In this document: positions 50,792 through 61,105 of the stretch, one piece after another
How positions within the stretch are numbered: position 1 is the stretch's first letter
Layout of the letters: each line of letters starts with the position of its first letter
NCBI GenBank assembly: GCA_030141605.1
Contig: JAQGDQ010000155.1
Span: 248,001-312,000 of the forward strand
Source of the DNA: Tubiluchus corallicola
Lineage: Eukaryota; Animalia; Priapulida
Direction: 5' to 3'
Length of the DNA stretch: 64,000 bases
Notes under the pieces: generated by a model
Database searches by the model: none
What the model was told of the DNA's origin: nothing
Seen by the model: the letters and a program-made list of their open reading frames with translations, nothing else
Made by a program: the position numbers and the translations under genes

Positions 50792-51332
50792 GGCATCCTT
50801 CTGTCTCGGAAGACAATGGAGTGTGCGCTAAGAGAGTCAGTTATTAATCACTTTGATGGAGCTGCAGCGTCGACTGTGGCTGAGCAGTCCGAGCCTTGAA
50901 CGTCTCCAGGGCGCACGCCTGGGCAAGGTGTATGGAGATCCTGAGTTCCCCAGACAACAGGAACCCCCTCTGTTCCTCCCTGGTGTAGTCCAAAGGAAAG
51001 CTGAGCGATAAGTTTGGCACCAGGTTGGCTGCAGGAGCTGCCGGAGTCAGTGAGCATGCTGCACTGGTCCGCCTTCGGAGCTCCACTCCTGATTTGGAAG
51101 GTTTACTCCTCTACACATGGCCGTTGGGTCACTTGACCTCCTCTGCCCTCTAGCGGTTGGCTGCTTCTGCAGCTCCTCCGCCTAGTTTCGAGATACAGTG
51201 TGGGCATCCCGCAAGCCTACAGCACCTGGTATTCCTAGGCGGTCACCCATGCAAGTACTAACCAGGCTCTACGTTGCTTAACTTTGGTGATCAGACGAGA
51301 ACCGGTGTTTTCAACGTGATATGGCCGTAGAC
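50739..51332 (-). mobile_element. 5S rRNA-headed retroposon (SINE3 candidate) with RTE-derived body and (AAC)~18 tail
   Basis: A 120-nt 5S head runs without a T-run terminator into a ~420-nt GC-rich body. 50899-50837 translates SRLGLLSHSRRCSSIKVINN*, an RTE-type ORF C-terminus. The element ends CCATTGTCTTCCGAGACAGAAGGATGCC(AAC)n. Confidence 0.8.
51213..51332 (-). pseudogene. Full-length 5S rRNA-derived sequence (head of the retroposon)
   Basis: GTCTACGGCCATATCACGTTGAAAACACCGGTTCTCGTCTGATCACC...GGAATACCAGGTGCTGTAGGCTT, 120 nt. Box A and box C are recognisable (box C reads TGCATGGGTGAC). Confidence 0.92.
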
Positions 51333-51529
51333 AACTCTAACCCTAACCCTAACCTTAAACTAACCCTTGACCCTGTTCCAAGCCAAATTAAGCTAGCCAC
51401 CTTTTCCTAGCTAAAACAGTGACTTTTTTCGGTGGCGTTTCTTGTGACTTTATTACAGGACATCGCAAAAATACTCCCACAAATCAAAATGTAATGATCT
51501 TACCTGTTTGAAATTCAGATATGAATTAT

Positions 51530-52080
51530 GAATTACCAATTTATTCCACAGCAACTCAAACATACATATAAATTGATATAACACTGAAAAAAATAAACTA
51601 TGCGAATTACTGTGAGGAGAAGGAAGGAGCATTGGGCTTTCGAGTCCTCCTCCAGATAAGTGAAACAATTGACAATTAACATTACATTTTCATCAGTTAT
51701 AGCGTACATTAGAACAAAATAAGTTTTGTTAGTAACTTAAGATCAGGATGAGTAAAATTGTGAGTTAATTATACCGTTGTAGTAGGTAATTCTTTGATGC
51801 TTTTTTAAATTGATAAAGATTAAGAGTTTTCATTTCACGCGGAATTGATGACCATATTTTAATAGCATTATGTTTTGATGACCGTTTCATTATATTTGTT
51901 TTTGGAAGGGGGAGTACATAGTTTTCGACTGAATATCTTGTGTAATGATCTTGTTGATTTGAAACTGGACTAAAGTATGACTGAAAAGCTGGTGGAAGTA
52001 GTGAATTATGATACTGATACATGAAATGAAGACAATACATGTCATATATTCCTTTCACTTTAAGAGTTTTAACAGACAAA
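51530..52080 (-). mobile_element. L2/CR1-type LINE 3' fragment
   Basis: FMYQYHNSLLPPAFQSYF...HYTR...KTNIMKRSSKHNAIKIWSSIP...FKK; 3' UTR with AATAAA. Confidence 0.75.
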
Positions 52081-52473
52081 TAAATTATATTTGTCTTACT
52101 TTATATATATAGTCTTACATATCTTACTTTATGACTGATTAAATAGTTACCTGTCTTACCTGTACAAAATTCAAAGATGCAAGTGCCGTTTGAATCAGCG
52201 GTTGCTACAAAAAAGTACAAGCTATAGTCCGCCTACAATTTGCTACCGAACCTCAGTCTTTAATCAGATACCCGTTCTGTTAAATCATAAAGCTTCGTTT
52301 ACACACACGAAACGTCAACAGTTTGATGATTTAAAACTTCAAGCATTATTGGTCGGTTCTTTTGCCAAGGTAACGGAATGTCTCCCAGTCGTTTGGCTTA
52401 GTTATGCATTTTCAAGATGTGGCACTCGAACCGAGGCCTCCTCCAATCACTCTTGTTCAAAACGACCAGGAGT

Positions 52474-52527
<54 letters not shown>

Positions 52528-52694
52528 CAGTATAGCACATAGCGTGCCCACAGCAAGCCTGTGAAAAGGCTAATTGCCTCTGTCACTTTCAATGCCTCAT
52601 TTTCAAGAATTATCCTTTTTCAGTGGCTCTTAAGCATTTGACATTGAACAGTTCTCTCGAGTGCTAGGCCCAGGCTTGCAGGAATTTTAAACCG

Positions 52695-54420
52695 TAGTAG
52701 TAGTAGTAGTAAAATCTTTATTTGCCATTTTAAAACATTGACCATCATATTAAAAGACAGACAATCAGTGTTAGTTCATATAAAAAACATACACTGTTAT
52801 GGGCAAATGCGTCTGGTGCAAGCTAAACTATATTGATTGATTGAATATCTTTATTGACATATGATAATAACAATGTAATAATTCATGTGTTAATTAATAC
52901 TGTAAAATGTTATTAAAGCTGTTTCCAGCCCACTTGGGCTTAAAAGTGCAACTAGAAATTCAAAAAATAAAACATAAACTAGTTTAGTAAGGTCTAGGAA
53001 AAATGAAATTATGATTTGAGTAAGTATCATCGTGTTCGTATGTCGGATGTTCAAAACGAGTCATTAAATGTTTTTTCAATTTAGACTTGAATATTGATAA
53101 AGGGCTGCTGTGTTTTAGTGATCTCGGTAATGAATTCCAAAGTTGTATTGCTTGCTTAGTAATGGAATAGTAATAATTAAATGCCACGTTGACATTCTTT
53201 TTGTCTTTTTCTAAGTACTGTTTTGCAATGCTGATATTCTTGTGAGCCAGATAAATAGTCGTGTCGTCTGCATATTGCGTAATACTTGAATGTTGTAGAA
53301 CGTTAGAAATATTGTTGATGTAAAGGATAAACAGTAGGGGTCCCAACAGTGTGCCCTGCGGGACACCTCGTTGAAGGTTAGCCCAATCTGAGAATGTTGT
53401 AGAGTTTATTTTAACCCGCTGCTTTCTATTTTGTAGGTAATCATTAATTAATTTTAAAGCTGATTGTTCAAATCCAAGTTCTTTCAAATTATCTAATAAT
53501 AGTGTGTGATTTAAACTGTCGAAAGCTTTACTTAAATCTAGAAAAGCTGCTGCCACATATTTGTTTTTAACAAGATTATCTCGCCAGTTTTCAGTTACGT
53601 TTATTATAGCATCGACAGTTGAATGTTTTTTTCTAAATCCGAATTGATGTTTCGATAAGAGATCATTTTGATTGACATATGTAATAATTTGATCATAGAT
53701 TACTCTTTCCCAAATTTTACTCATACAATGAACTATTGATACTGGTCTGTAATTTATTGGTTCATCTTTAGCATTTTTTTGTGGATTGGTGTAATTTAGC
53801 TGTTTTGCATTGATCAGGAAATTTGCCACGCATTATTATTTGGTTAGTGATATAGGTTATATGTGGAGCAATTAAATGCATACTGTCCTTTGGAATTTTT
53901 ATTGGTATGTCAGATGTGCTACTACCTTTATTGGCATCTAAATTATTTATTATTTTTAAAATATCAGCAAAAGTAACACTGGAAAATGAAAATTGGTTAT
54001 TTGCAGGTCCTACAGTTTTTAGTTTGTCTTTTATGGTATCAATATAATCAGTCTGCAAATTAAAGTTTCCGAGGTTAACAAACGTCTCATTTAACAAATT
54101 TGCAATATCTTTGGGTTTATTGTGGTATATTATTGTGGTATAGTTGATTTTAAGTTCATTTAACCTATTTTGTTTATTTTTATGTTTATTTATAACATTG
54201 TTGATCACTGTCCATTTTTGTTTCGTAGTGGAGGCACTACTGCATTGTTTTTGAATATATCTGTTTTTTAGAATTTTATTAAGGTTGTTGAATTTGTTTC
54301 TAGCTTTCTTGTACTTTATGTGGTCATTTTTAGATTTAGTGTTAAGCCATATGTTATATAAGTTATTTTTATTATTTCTTAAATCATTAAGTTCAATTTG
54401 TCCAATTACTTTCACAATTA
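52695..54420 (-). mobile_element. 5'-truncated CR1/L2-group LINE with decayed reverse transcriptase
   Basis: ORFs 53768-54415 and 52984-53829 (frameshifted) contain NYRPVS, HQFGFRK, FLDLSKAFD, GVPQGTLLGPLLF and QYADD. An internal deletion precedes QLWNSLP. 3' end AATAAAG...(TAC)n. A second LINE-like 3' end with a (TCAA)n tail is nested at ~52833-52985. Confidence 0.92.
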
Positions 54421-54478
54421 AGCTTTGTGACTGCTAACCTTTTTGTTGTTACTGAAATTAATTTGTTTTTTCTTGCAG

Positions 54479-55030
54479 TGGTTATATGTCAAAAGTCTTC
54501 TTGTGTGGTAAAGGAAAATCAGCAATACTGTGTAGATACCCAGAAATTTGTGGATGGAGACATCAAGGTTTGCGTAATCGAATGTGGCACGAATACAACT
54601 CTTACACTGGAAATACTTCAACATATAGAAAATTACACTAGACAGTGGTTTATCGAAGAAATTCGATTCTTCAACTATGAAGACGACGTTCTGCCCCATG
54701 AGTTCTTGAAAAACCTCTCGATGCATAACCTGCTATTTGCTAATACAAACATCAGCAGAATCTGGAAATTTGATCTGGCTGCAAAATGCATGCGTCTGCA
54801 CCTGTTAGATAATCCCAATTTAAGCAGCATTCATGAAGGAGCGTTTAATCGTAAAACAGTCAAAGTTATAGTTATTCAGAACAGTCAAAATTTAAAAGAA
54901 CTTGACTTGGATCTTTCTGCGGCAGTGAACTTGGAGACACTGGCGATTATAGGAACCTCAATTAGAACGCTGGCAAAACCACGTCTCCCGCCACATTTCT
55001 TTACACGATACCTTGAGATAAGGCTGTTGG
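54479..55030 (+). CDS. LRR surface protein gene, exon 2 (Cys-rich N-cap plus ~5 degenerate LRRs)
   Basis: Acceptor TTTTTTCTTGCAG|TG. LRR-like segments LHLLDNPNLSSIHEGAF, IVIQNSQNLKEL and LETLAIIGTSIRTL. Donor TTG G|GTAATA, phase 1. Confidence 0.85.
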
Positions 55031-55084
55031 GTAATATATACTATCTGCATCTTAGAAATTTTCTTTTGGTTATACATTGAAAGA

Positions 55085-55427
55085 CTTACGTAATTGGAAA
55101 AGAAAATTATTAATAATTTAACACATTCGTGCTAACTTTGGCACTGCATTACCATCCCTGTGTCCACCACTGATCTGCTAAAAAGCACATTATTGATCTT
55201 TGAAGGCAATACAAAGGGTTTGCCAACTTCGCCCAATCTTATCTAAACTTGTTTCAAACGACATAACGTTAAAATGACTGCGCTTAGCGGTCACGGAAGT
55301 TTAAATATACAAGTTTTATACAGCGTTACTGCCAATGAATATGCAATAAGACAACATGTAAGTGATGTAAAATTTCAAAACGATTTTCTCAAGTTTTACT
55401 TATGAAGAGTGTTTTCTTGCCTTTTAA
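55085..55427. mobile_element. Kolobok/T2-like MITE, partial copy
   Basis: AAAATGACTGCGCTTAGCGGTC...CAGCGTTACT...TATGAAGAGTGTTTTCTTGCCTT-TTAA. Confidence 0.65.
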
Positions 55428-55888
55428 CCATTTATATGTAAATGCACTGAAGTCTAGTGACACTAGTGTGAACTTTAGTTAAAGAATAAAACACTTATTC
55501 GAGGGATGAAAAAGGAATGACAACTTAATGAGTATTTAAATACTTTCCAACATGGAAAATTTAGGTAAACAGAAAATAACAGTTATTAAGCCAGGTAAGA
55601 TTGAGAACATGTACAAAGTTTGTCATCAGCTCTTCCACGAGGACTTCATCCCGTCACCATCCATGATCCGCCAGCGATAACGTCACTGAACTGTGACGTT
55701 TCCTGGTCACTGGGTATACCTGTATGAGAACAGAACAGTATAGCATTTGTCTTTCTAGAATGGTAACGAGGATAATCAGCTTCACTGCCACAGCAGGTAC
55801 GTATCAACAGCAGAAGGTAAGTATTATCATCACCAGCAACAGGTAAGTATCTTCAATAACATGCGCCATTGATAAATGGTAAGCATCG

Positions 55889-57151
55889 TCAGCAATGGAT
55901 ACCATCAGCAACAGCTAAGTATAATCCGCAACGGATGCCATTGACAACAGCTAAGTATAATCAGCAATGGGTACCATCAGCAACAGCTAAGTATAATCAA
56001 CAACGGGTACCATCGGCAACAGCTAAGTATAATCAACAATGGATACCATCGACAACAGCTAAGTATAATCAGCAATGGATACCATCGGCAACAGCTAAGT
56101 GTAATCAGCAATGGATACCATCGGCAATAGCTAAGTATAATCAGCAATGGATACTATTGACGACAGCTAAGTATAATCAGCAACGGATACCATCGGCAAC
56201 AGCTAAGTATAATCAGCAATGGATACCATCGGCAACAGCTAAGTATAATCAACAATGGATACCATCGACAACAGCTAAGTATAATCATCAATGGATACCA
56301 TCGACAACAGCCAAGTATAATCAACAATGGATACCATCGACAACAGCTAAGTATAATCAGCAATGGATACCATCAGCAACAGCTAAGTATAATCAGCAAT
56401 GGATACCATCAGCAACAGCTAAGTATAATCATCAACCGATACCATTGACAACAGCTAAGTATAATCAGCAATGGATACCATCAGCAACAGCTAAGTATAA
56501 TCAGCAATGGATACCATCAGCAACAGCTAAGTATAATCAGCAATGGGTACCATCGGCAACAGCTAAGTATAATCATCAATGGATACCATCGACAACAGCC
56601 AAGTATAATCAACAATGGATACCATCGACAACAGCTAAGTATAATCAGCAATGGATACCATCAGCAACAGCTAAGTATAATCAGCAATGGATACCATCAG
56701 CAACAGCTAAGTATAATCATCAACCGATACCATTGACAACAGCTAAGTATAATCAGCAATGGATACCATCAGCAACAGCTAAGTATAATCAGCAATGGAT
56801 ACCATCAGCAATAGCTAAGTATAATCATCAATCGATACCATCGACAACAGCTAAGTATAATCAGCAATGGATTCCATCAGCAACAGCTAAGGATAATCAG
56901 CAATGGGTACCATCGGCAACAGCTAAGTATAATCATCAACCGATACCATTGACAACAGCTAAGTATAATCAGCAATGGGTACCATTGACAACAGCAAAGT
57001 ATAATCAGCAATGGGTACCATTGACAACAGCAAAGTATAATCAGCAATGGGTACCATTGACAACATCTAAGTTTAATCAACAACGGATACCATCGACAGC
57101 ACCTAAGTATAATCAGCAACGGACACAATTGATAACAGCCAAGTATAATCA
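55889..57151. repeat. 36-bp minisatellite, ~35 copies, in LRR gene intron 2
   Basis: Unit CAGCAATGGATACCATCRGCAACAGCTAAGTATAAT; degenerate units extend left to ~55770. Confidence 0.95.
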
Positions 57152-57479
57152 TGAGGGTAGTGATGGTAGTACTGCTTGCTTCACAGCCCAGCACAGTGGT
57201 GTGTTTGGCTGTTTTGTGCATGTGGGCACTGCTAGTGTCTGCTGCAAGGTAGAGAAAGTAATGTCGCTCACACAGTTTCTTATCAGTTGTCACGTGCTTA
57301 AAAACTGTGTGCTGGCATGTTCTTGACCTACGGTAATTTATGCTATTTGCAAGCAAAAAAAAATTTTAGAATTTTATCAAGTTTATGTTTAAATTTTTGC
57401 ATGTTTGTTTGTTTATAATTACAATTACAAATGAAATATGTTTGTTTACTATTAAAACAATGGCTAAATATTGTCTGAA

Positions 57480-57900
57480 GCAGCACAATCACTAAATTTA
57501 ACTACGGGATGCCAATGTTCCCAGTACATGCCTGAACTGCTTTCTTTACGTCATTCATCTTACAGGCTAAGATCCAACGAAAGGCCTTTACTGTACCAAC
57601 CCGTGTATAAATTTAGCATGGCTAGGAACTGTTCTTTTAGGTTTAGTGGCCACAGTCTCTGGAATGCCCTTCCAATATGAAATCAGGTCTTGCGAAAATG
57701 TTGAAAAGTTTAGACACCTTTATTTAGAATCACTTATTCATGCAAACGTACAACTGAATATTTTTTGGTGTCTGAAGTTTCTTATTAGTGTGATTGAAAT
57801 ACGCAATTTTCTTGCAATTCTTATATTTTAAAACACAGTCTGGCCTAGTGTCAACAGCTTGTTTCTTAATGACCTCATAAATCATCTTGTAACACAATAA
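57480..57900 (+). mobile_element. L2/CR1-type LINE 3' fragment
   Basis: YMPELL...SYRLRS...SFRFSGHSLWNALP pattern. Confidence 0.65.
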
Positions 57901-57939
57901 GTTTTTAGATATCTCTTAAAAAGATTTATAAAAAAAGCA

Positions 57940-58670
57940 ACTCAACTTTATTAAAATTTTCACATTAAAAAGGTTAAATCATGCCAAACATTTTGAAATG
58001 CTGCTGCTGTCATCATCAGTGGACAATTTACAAACATACAACCAGTTTATATAGGTAGAGACTAATGCACTAATTAAGTAGTTAACAGAAGCCAGATAGA
58101 AAATGAATTAGCAGACCAGTAAAGAAATTGATGCAGCAACTTTAGCAATAATGTGTGTGTGTATTTACAAAAGCCAAATATGTAATGATTAATTTTGTAA
58201 ATACATAATCTATGGTCTGGCCTGCTTATTCATTACCTACTTGGCTTCTGTTAAGTAATTAGTTAGTGTAAATAGGCTCTGCCTATATAAGTATGTTTGG
58301 AAATATGAGTTTTGTACATTAAGAGAAGGCTTATTATGGTACATAGATAAATTTTCATTTATTAGAAAGTCAAAGTTGTTTGTAGCTCTGTTCACAATGC
58401 TGAAATTATTAAAATCATCTTTGAGGCACAAATATGTCCATTAATGCTGGACTGAGGAGAATTTTTTATTTTTTGCCAGTTCCAGACGAAATACTCAAAT
58501 GTTCACATATTATTTTTTAAAGTGCTTGGATGTTACATCATAATTGGCTGTGCCTATATAAACTGATGATGCCAGCAGCAGCATTACCACTGATGATGAC
58601 AGCAGCAGCCTGTCGAAACCTTTGGCATGATTTTAACTTTTCAATGTAAATGTTTTAATAATATTTTGCA
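57940..58670 (-). mobile_element. Penelope-like element remnant: GIY-YIG endonuclease fragment between inverted pseudo-LTR copies
   Basis: Minus strand has YIG at ~58560 and FNNFSIVNRATNNFDFLINENLSMYHNKPSLNVQ, a PLE endonuclease C-terminal pattern. 57945-58022 and 58587-58665 are inverted copies of one another. Confidence 0.7.
58587..58625 (+). ncRNA. Minimal type I hammerhead ribozyme-like motif (degenerate)
   Basis: CCA-CTGATGA-T-GACAG-cagcagc-CTGTC-GAAAC-CTT-TGG: catalytic core boxes, 5-bp stem II and 3-bp stem I (CCA/TGG). Confidence 0.6.
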
Positions 58671-59353
58671 GTTTTTAGCTAGAATAACCTTTTCTTGTTA
58701 TATTTTATTTGAATTTTTACTAAACTTCATTTTGTGAAATCTTGTATTATTTAACTGTTTTAAATCGTTTTAAATTTTGGTATTACTTTTATGAGTGACG
58801 GAACGCCTAATTAGCTTATTATTGATATTATTTTAGTAAGTCTCATTTAGCATAACTCGGGGAAACCTGAGTAACGAGCTCTCACTGCGCAGACGTTAGA
58901 GAATTAATAGATTTTAGTTGTTATGCAGAATCTGCGAAGTTGTCATATCGGGTTTCATGACACTTTTTCATCAATGCATATAGACCTATTGCGCAACCAT
59001 AGGTTTAACCCGATAGCTTAATGCAGTCTTGTACCTAATATGCCTTCTGATCTACGTTATTCAATGAAATGTTGGTTTTTTTAATAACTGATTTTTAGTT
59101 TCACATGCCTTCTTGGCTATTCACCCGCATTGTTCTATACGAATTCACGAACCTCTATGAGAGCAGGAACAATCAGTTATATTTCATTCTATGTATTTTT
59201 TCTGCACAGCGTTCAAGTACATATTTATATGGATTTTACGCTATACACAACATAAATAAACTTAAATTTAACTTTAACACTGTGGCTCGTCAGTCTGTAA
59301 GCCAGCACGATTTGCAAAAAAGGCAATCTTGTTTTGTCGCTGCATTCAGTATC

Positions 59354-60542
59354 TTAACTCTTAGCCGACTAAGGGGTTTTTATATATCACTAAAGACCAA
59401 GAGGGGTAAAAAATACCCCATTAAAATTTTGTTGAATATGTGTTACTAACTGGATAGAATGCCCAACTGGTAACAGAGGTGCTCCTGTTAGCCCTTTCAG
59501 TCCCAAATTATTTTTTAAAAAGAAAAAAATTTTTTGGCTTGGTACTTTTGTTCAGTATGTCCATCTTGTTTACACATAATAATTATTTTTTTCTACCTGT
59601 GCTAAATATAGCCTGTATCCCACGGCATACATTGGGATTCAATGGAAGCATAAAATGTGCTTCATTTTGCAACTGCTGATAATTTTTTAAAGTATTTAAG
59701 ACATTTGGTATGCATGCTATGCTGATCTGTACAAAGTCGTCTCTAAAGTACTGTACCTTGCGCAGTTTTTTATGCTATGTAGATGTTCTAGCTTGCCATT
59801 TTATCACCATTTTTAGTCTATTGTTATTGGCTTAAATCAAAATAACTATAAGAGGATTCAAATAACTGTCAGTTTTAAAACTAATTTTAAAGGCAGAAAA
59901 TATTCTCGTATCCCATGAGATACAACGGGTATGAAAGGGTTAGTACGAAACCAAGTTCTTCGGCAAGTTGGCATAGATATGTAAAGGCACCAATGACAAA
60001 AAGAGGCTTTCACCATTGCACTATATTGTTTGTGCTTGCGAAAATTTTTCATAATAGCCTAACCATGTTCATTGTTTAATTCTAAGACATCCACTTCGGT
60101 TTCACTGCTAAAGTTTCCGCCAAACTACTAAATGAAGAATGGCCACAAAGTTTAATATGAAATTTCCTCAACAGATTGTTAGGAAAATCTCTTTGTAGAA
60201 CAGCAGGCAGAATTAGAGGTTTGGAGCACTTCTCACTTTCTCGGCTGTAAATGTAAACACACATTGCTGCCAGAATACTGCACATAAAATTCCAAAATTT
60301 TGCCAACATAAACGACCAAGTTTGGTAATAAGTTACCCCACGTCTGGTAGTACGTATCCCTCGTGCTGTGCAAAAAGTATGAATAATAGTTTTCAGCAAG
60401 ACCAGGGTATGGTTGCATAACACATCGAAAAATATTTAATCCCTACTAGTTTAAAATTTTTTCATTGTGTGCATCAATGCAAAAATGGGAGCAAACGCAC
60501 CGGGGGGAATTTTTTACCCCACCGTGTTCGGTCAAGGGTTAA
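59354..60542. mobile_element. piggyBac-like TTAA-flanked element, decayed
   Basis: Left end TTAA-CTCTTAGCCGA...GGGGTAAAAAATACCCC. Right end GGGGGGAATTTTTTACCCC...CGGTCAAGGG-TTAA. No intact transposase. Confidence 0.5.
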
Positions 60543-60588
60543 AATATCCATCTCATTTATGAAATTTACGTGCAATTTGTTTTTACAG

Positions 60589-61034
60589 AAAACCCTCTCG
60601 TGTGCAACTGCAATATGTCATGGTTAAGAGGGGAAAAGTGGAATCGATTGGAATTTGACTGTGTGGAGCCTAAACTGGATCAAGATACCGCAACACTGGA
60701 ATTTTTTAAACAGCAGTGTCAAATAGAAGCAGAGGAGCTATACGGAGGCGACATTTGTGAAACAGCCTTTAAACCTTATGAGAAAACCTGTTTTCCTGGA
60801 TCCACGTTCCCCACAACAACTAGATCTACCATCCGTTCCCCTCCCTTGCCTCCCTTACCTGAATCTACCACCTCTGGACCCACACCTTTGCCTACCATAT
60901 CTGAATCTACCACTTCTGGACCCGCAAATACGACAGCAAATACTACTGACGTTCAATCTACATCCGTGTTGCTTGCCGCGCCACCTGCTGTCATTTTCTG
61001 GCCATCTGTAGTCGCGTGCATTACAATACATTGA
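60589..61034 (+). CDS. LRR surface protein gene, exon 3 (LRRCT, Thr/Pro/Ser stalk, hydrophobic GPI-like tail, stop)
   Basis: Acceptor TTTGTTTTTACAG|AA, phase 1. NPLVCNCNMSWL is a canonical LRRCT start. The stalk contains a 42-bp duplication (ESTTSGP x2). C-terminus VLLAAPPAVIFWPSVVACITIH*. Confidence 0.85.
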
Positions 61035-61099
61035 AAGAAACGACTGATCCTTACCTAATATCAATCTCAATAAGTTTTGTTTGTTACAAGGTCATTCAT

Positions 61100-61105
61100 A
61101 ATAAA
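61100..61105 (+). terminator. Candidate polyadenylation signal of the LRR gene
   Basis: AATAAA ~65 nt after the stop codon, followed by T/GT-rich sequence. Confidence 0.45.

Noticed and set aside
51213-51332. Functional 5S rRNA gene
   Set aside because: No oligo-T terminator, not in a tandem array, substitutions near box A and in box C, and fused to a retroposon body and tail.
54418-54726. 102-aa minus-strand ORF continuing the LINE
   Set aside because: It is the antisense shadow of LRR exon 2 and has no LINE motifs.
55889-57151. 36-bp repeat as a CRISPR array
   Set aside because: Units are head-to-tail with no unique spacers, the context is eukaryotic, and there are no cas genes.
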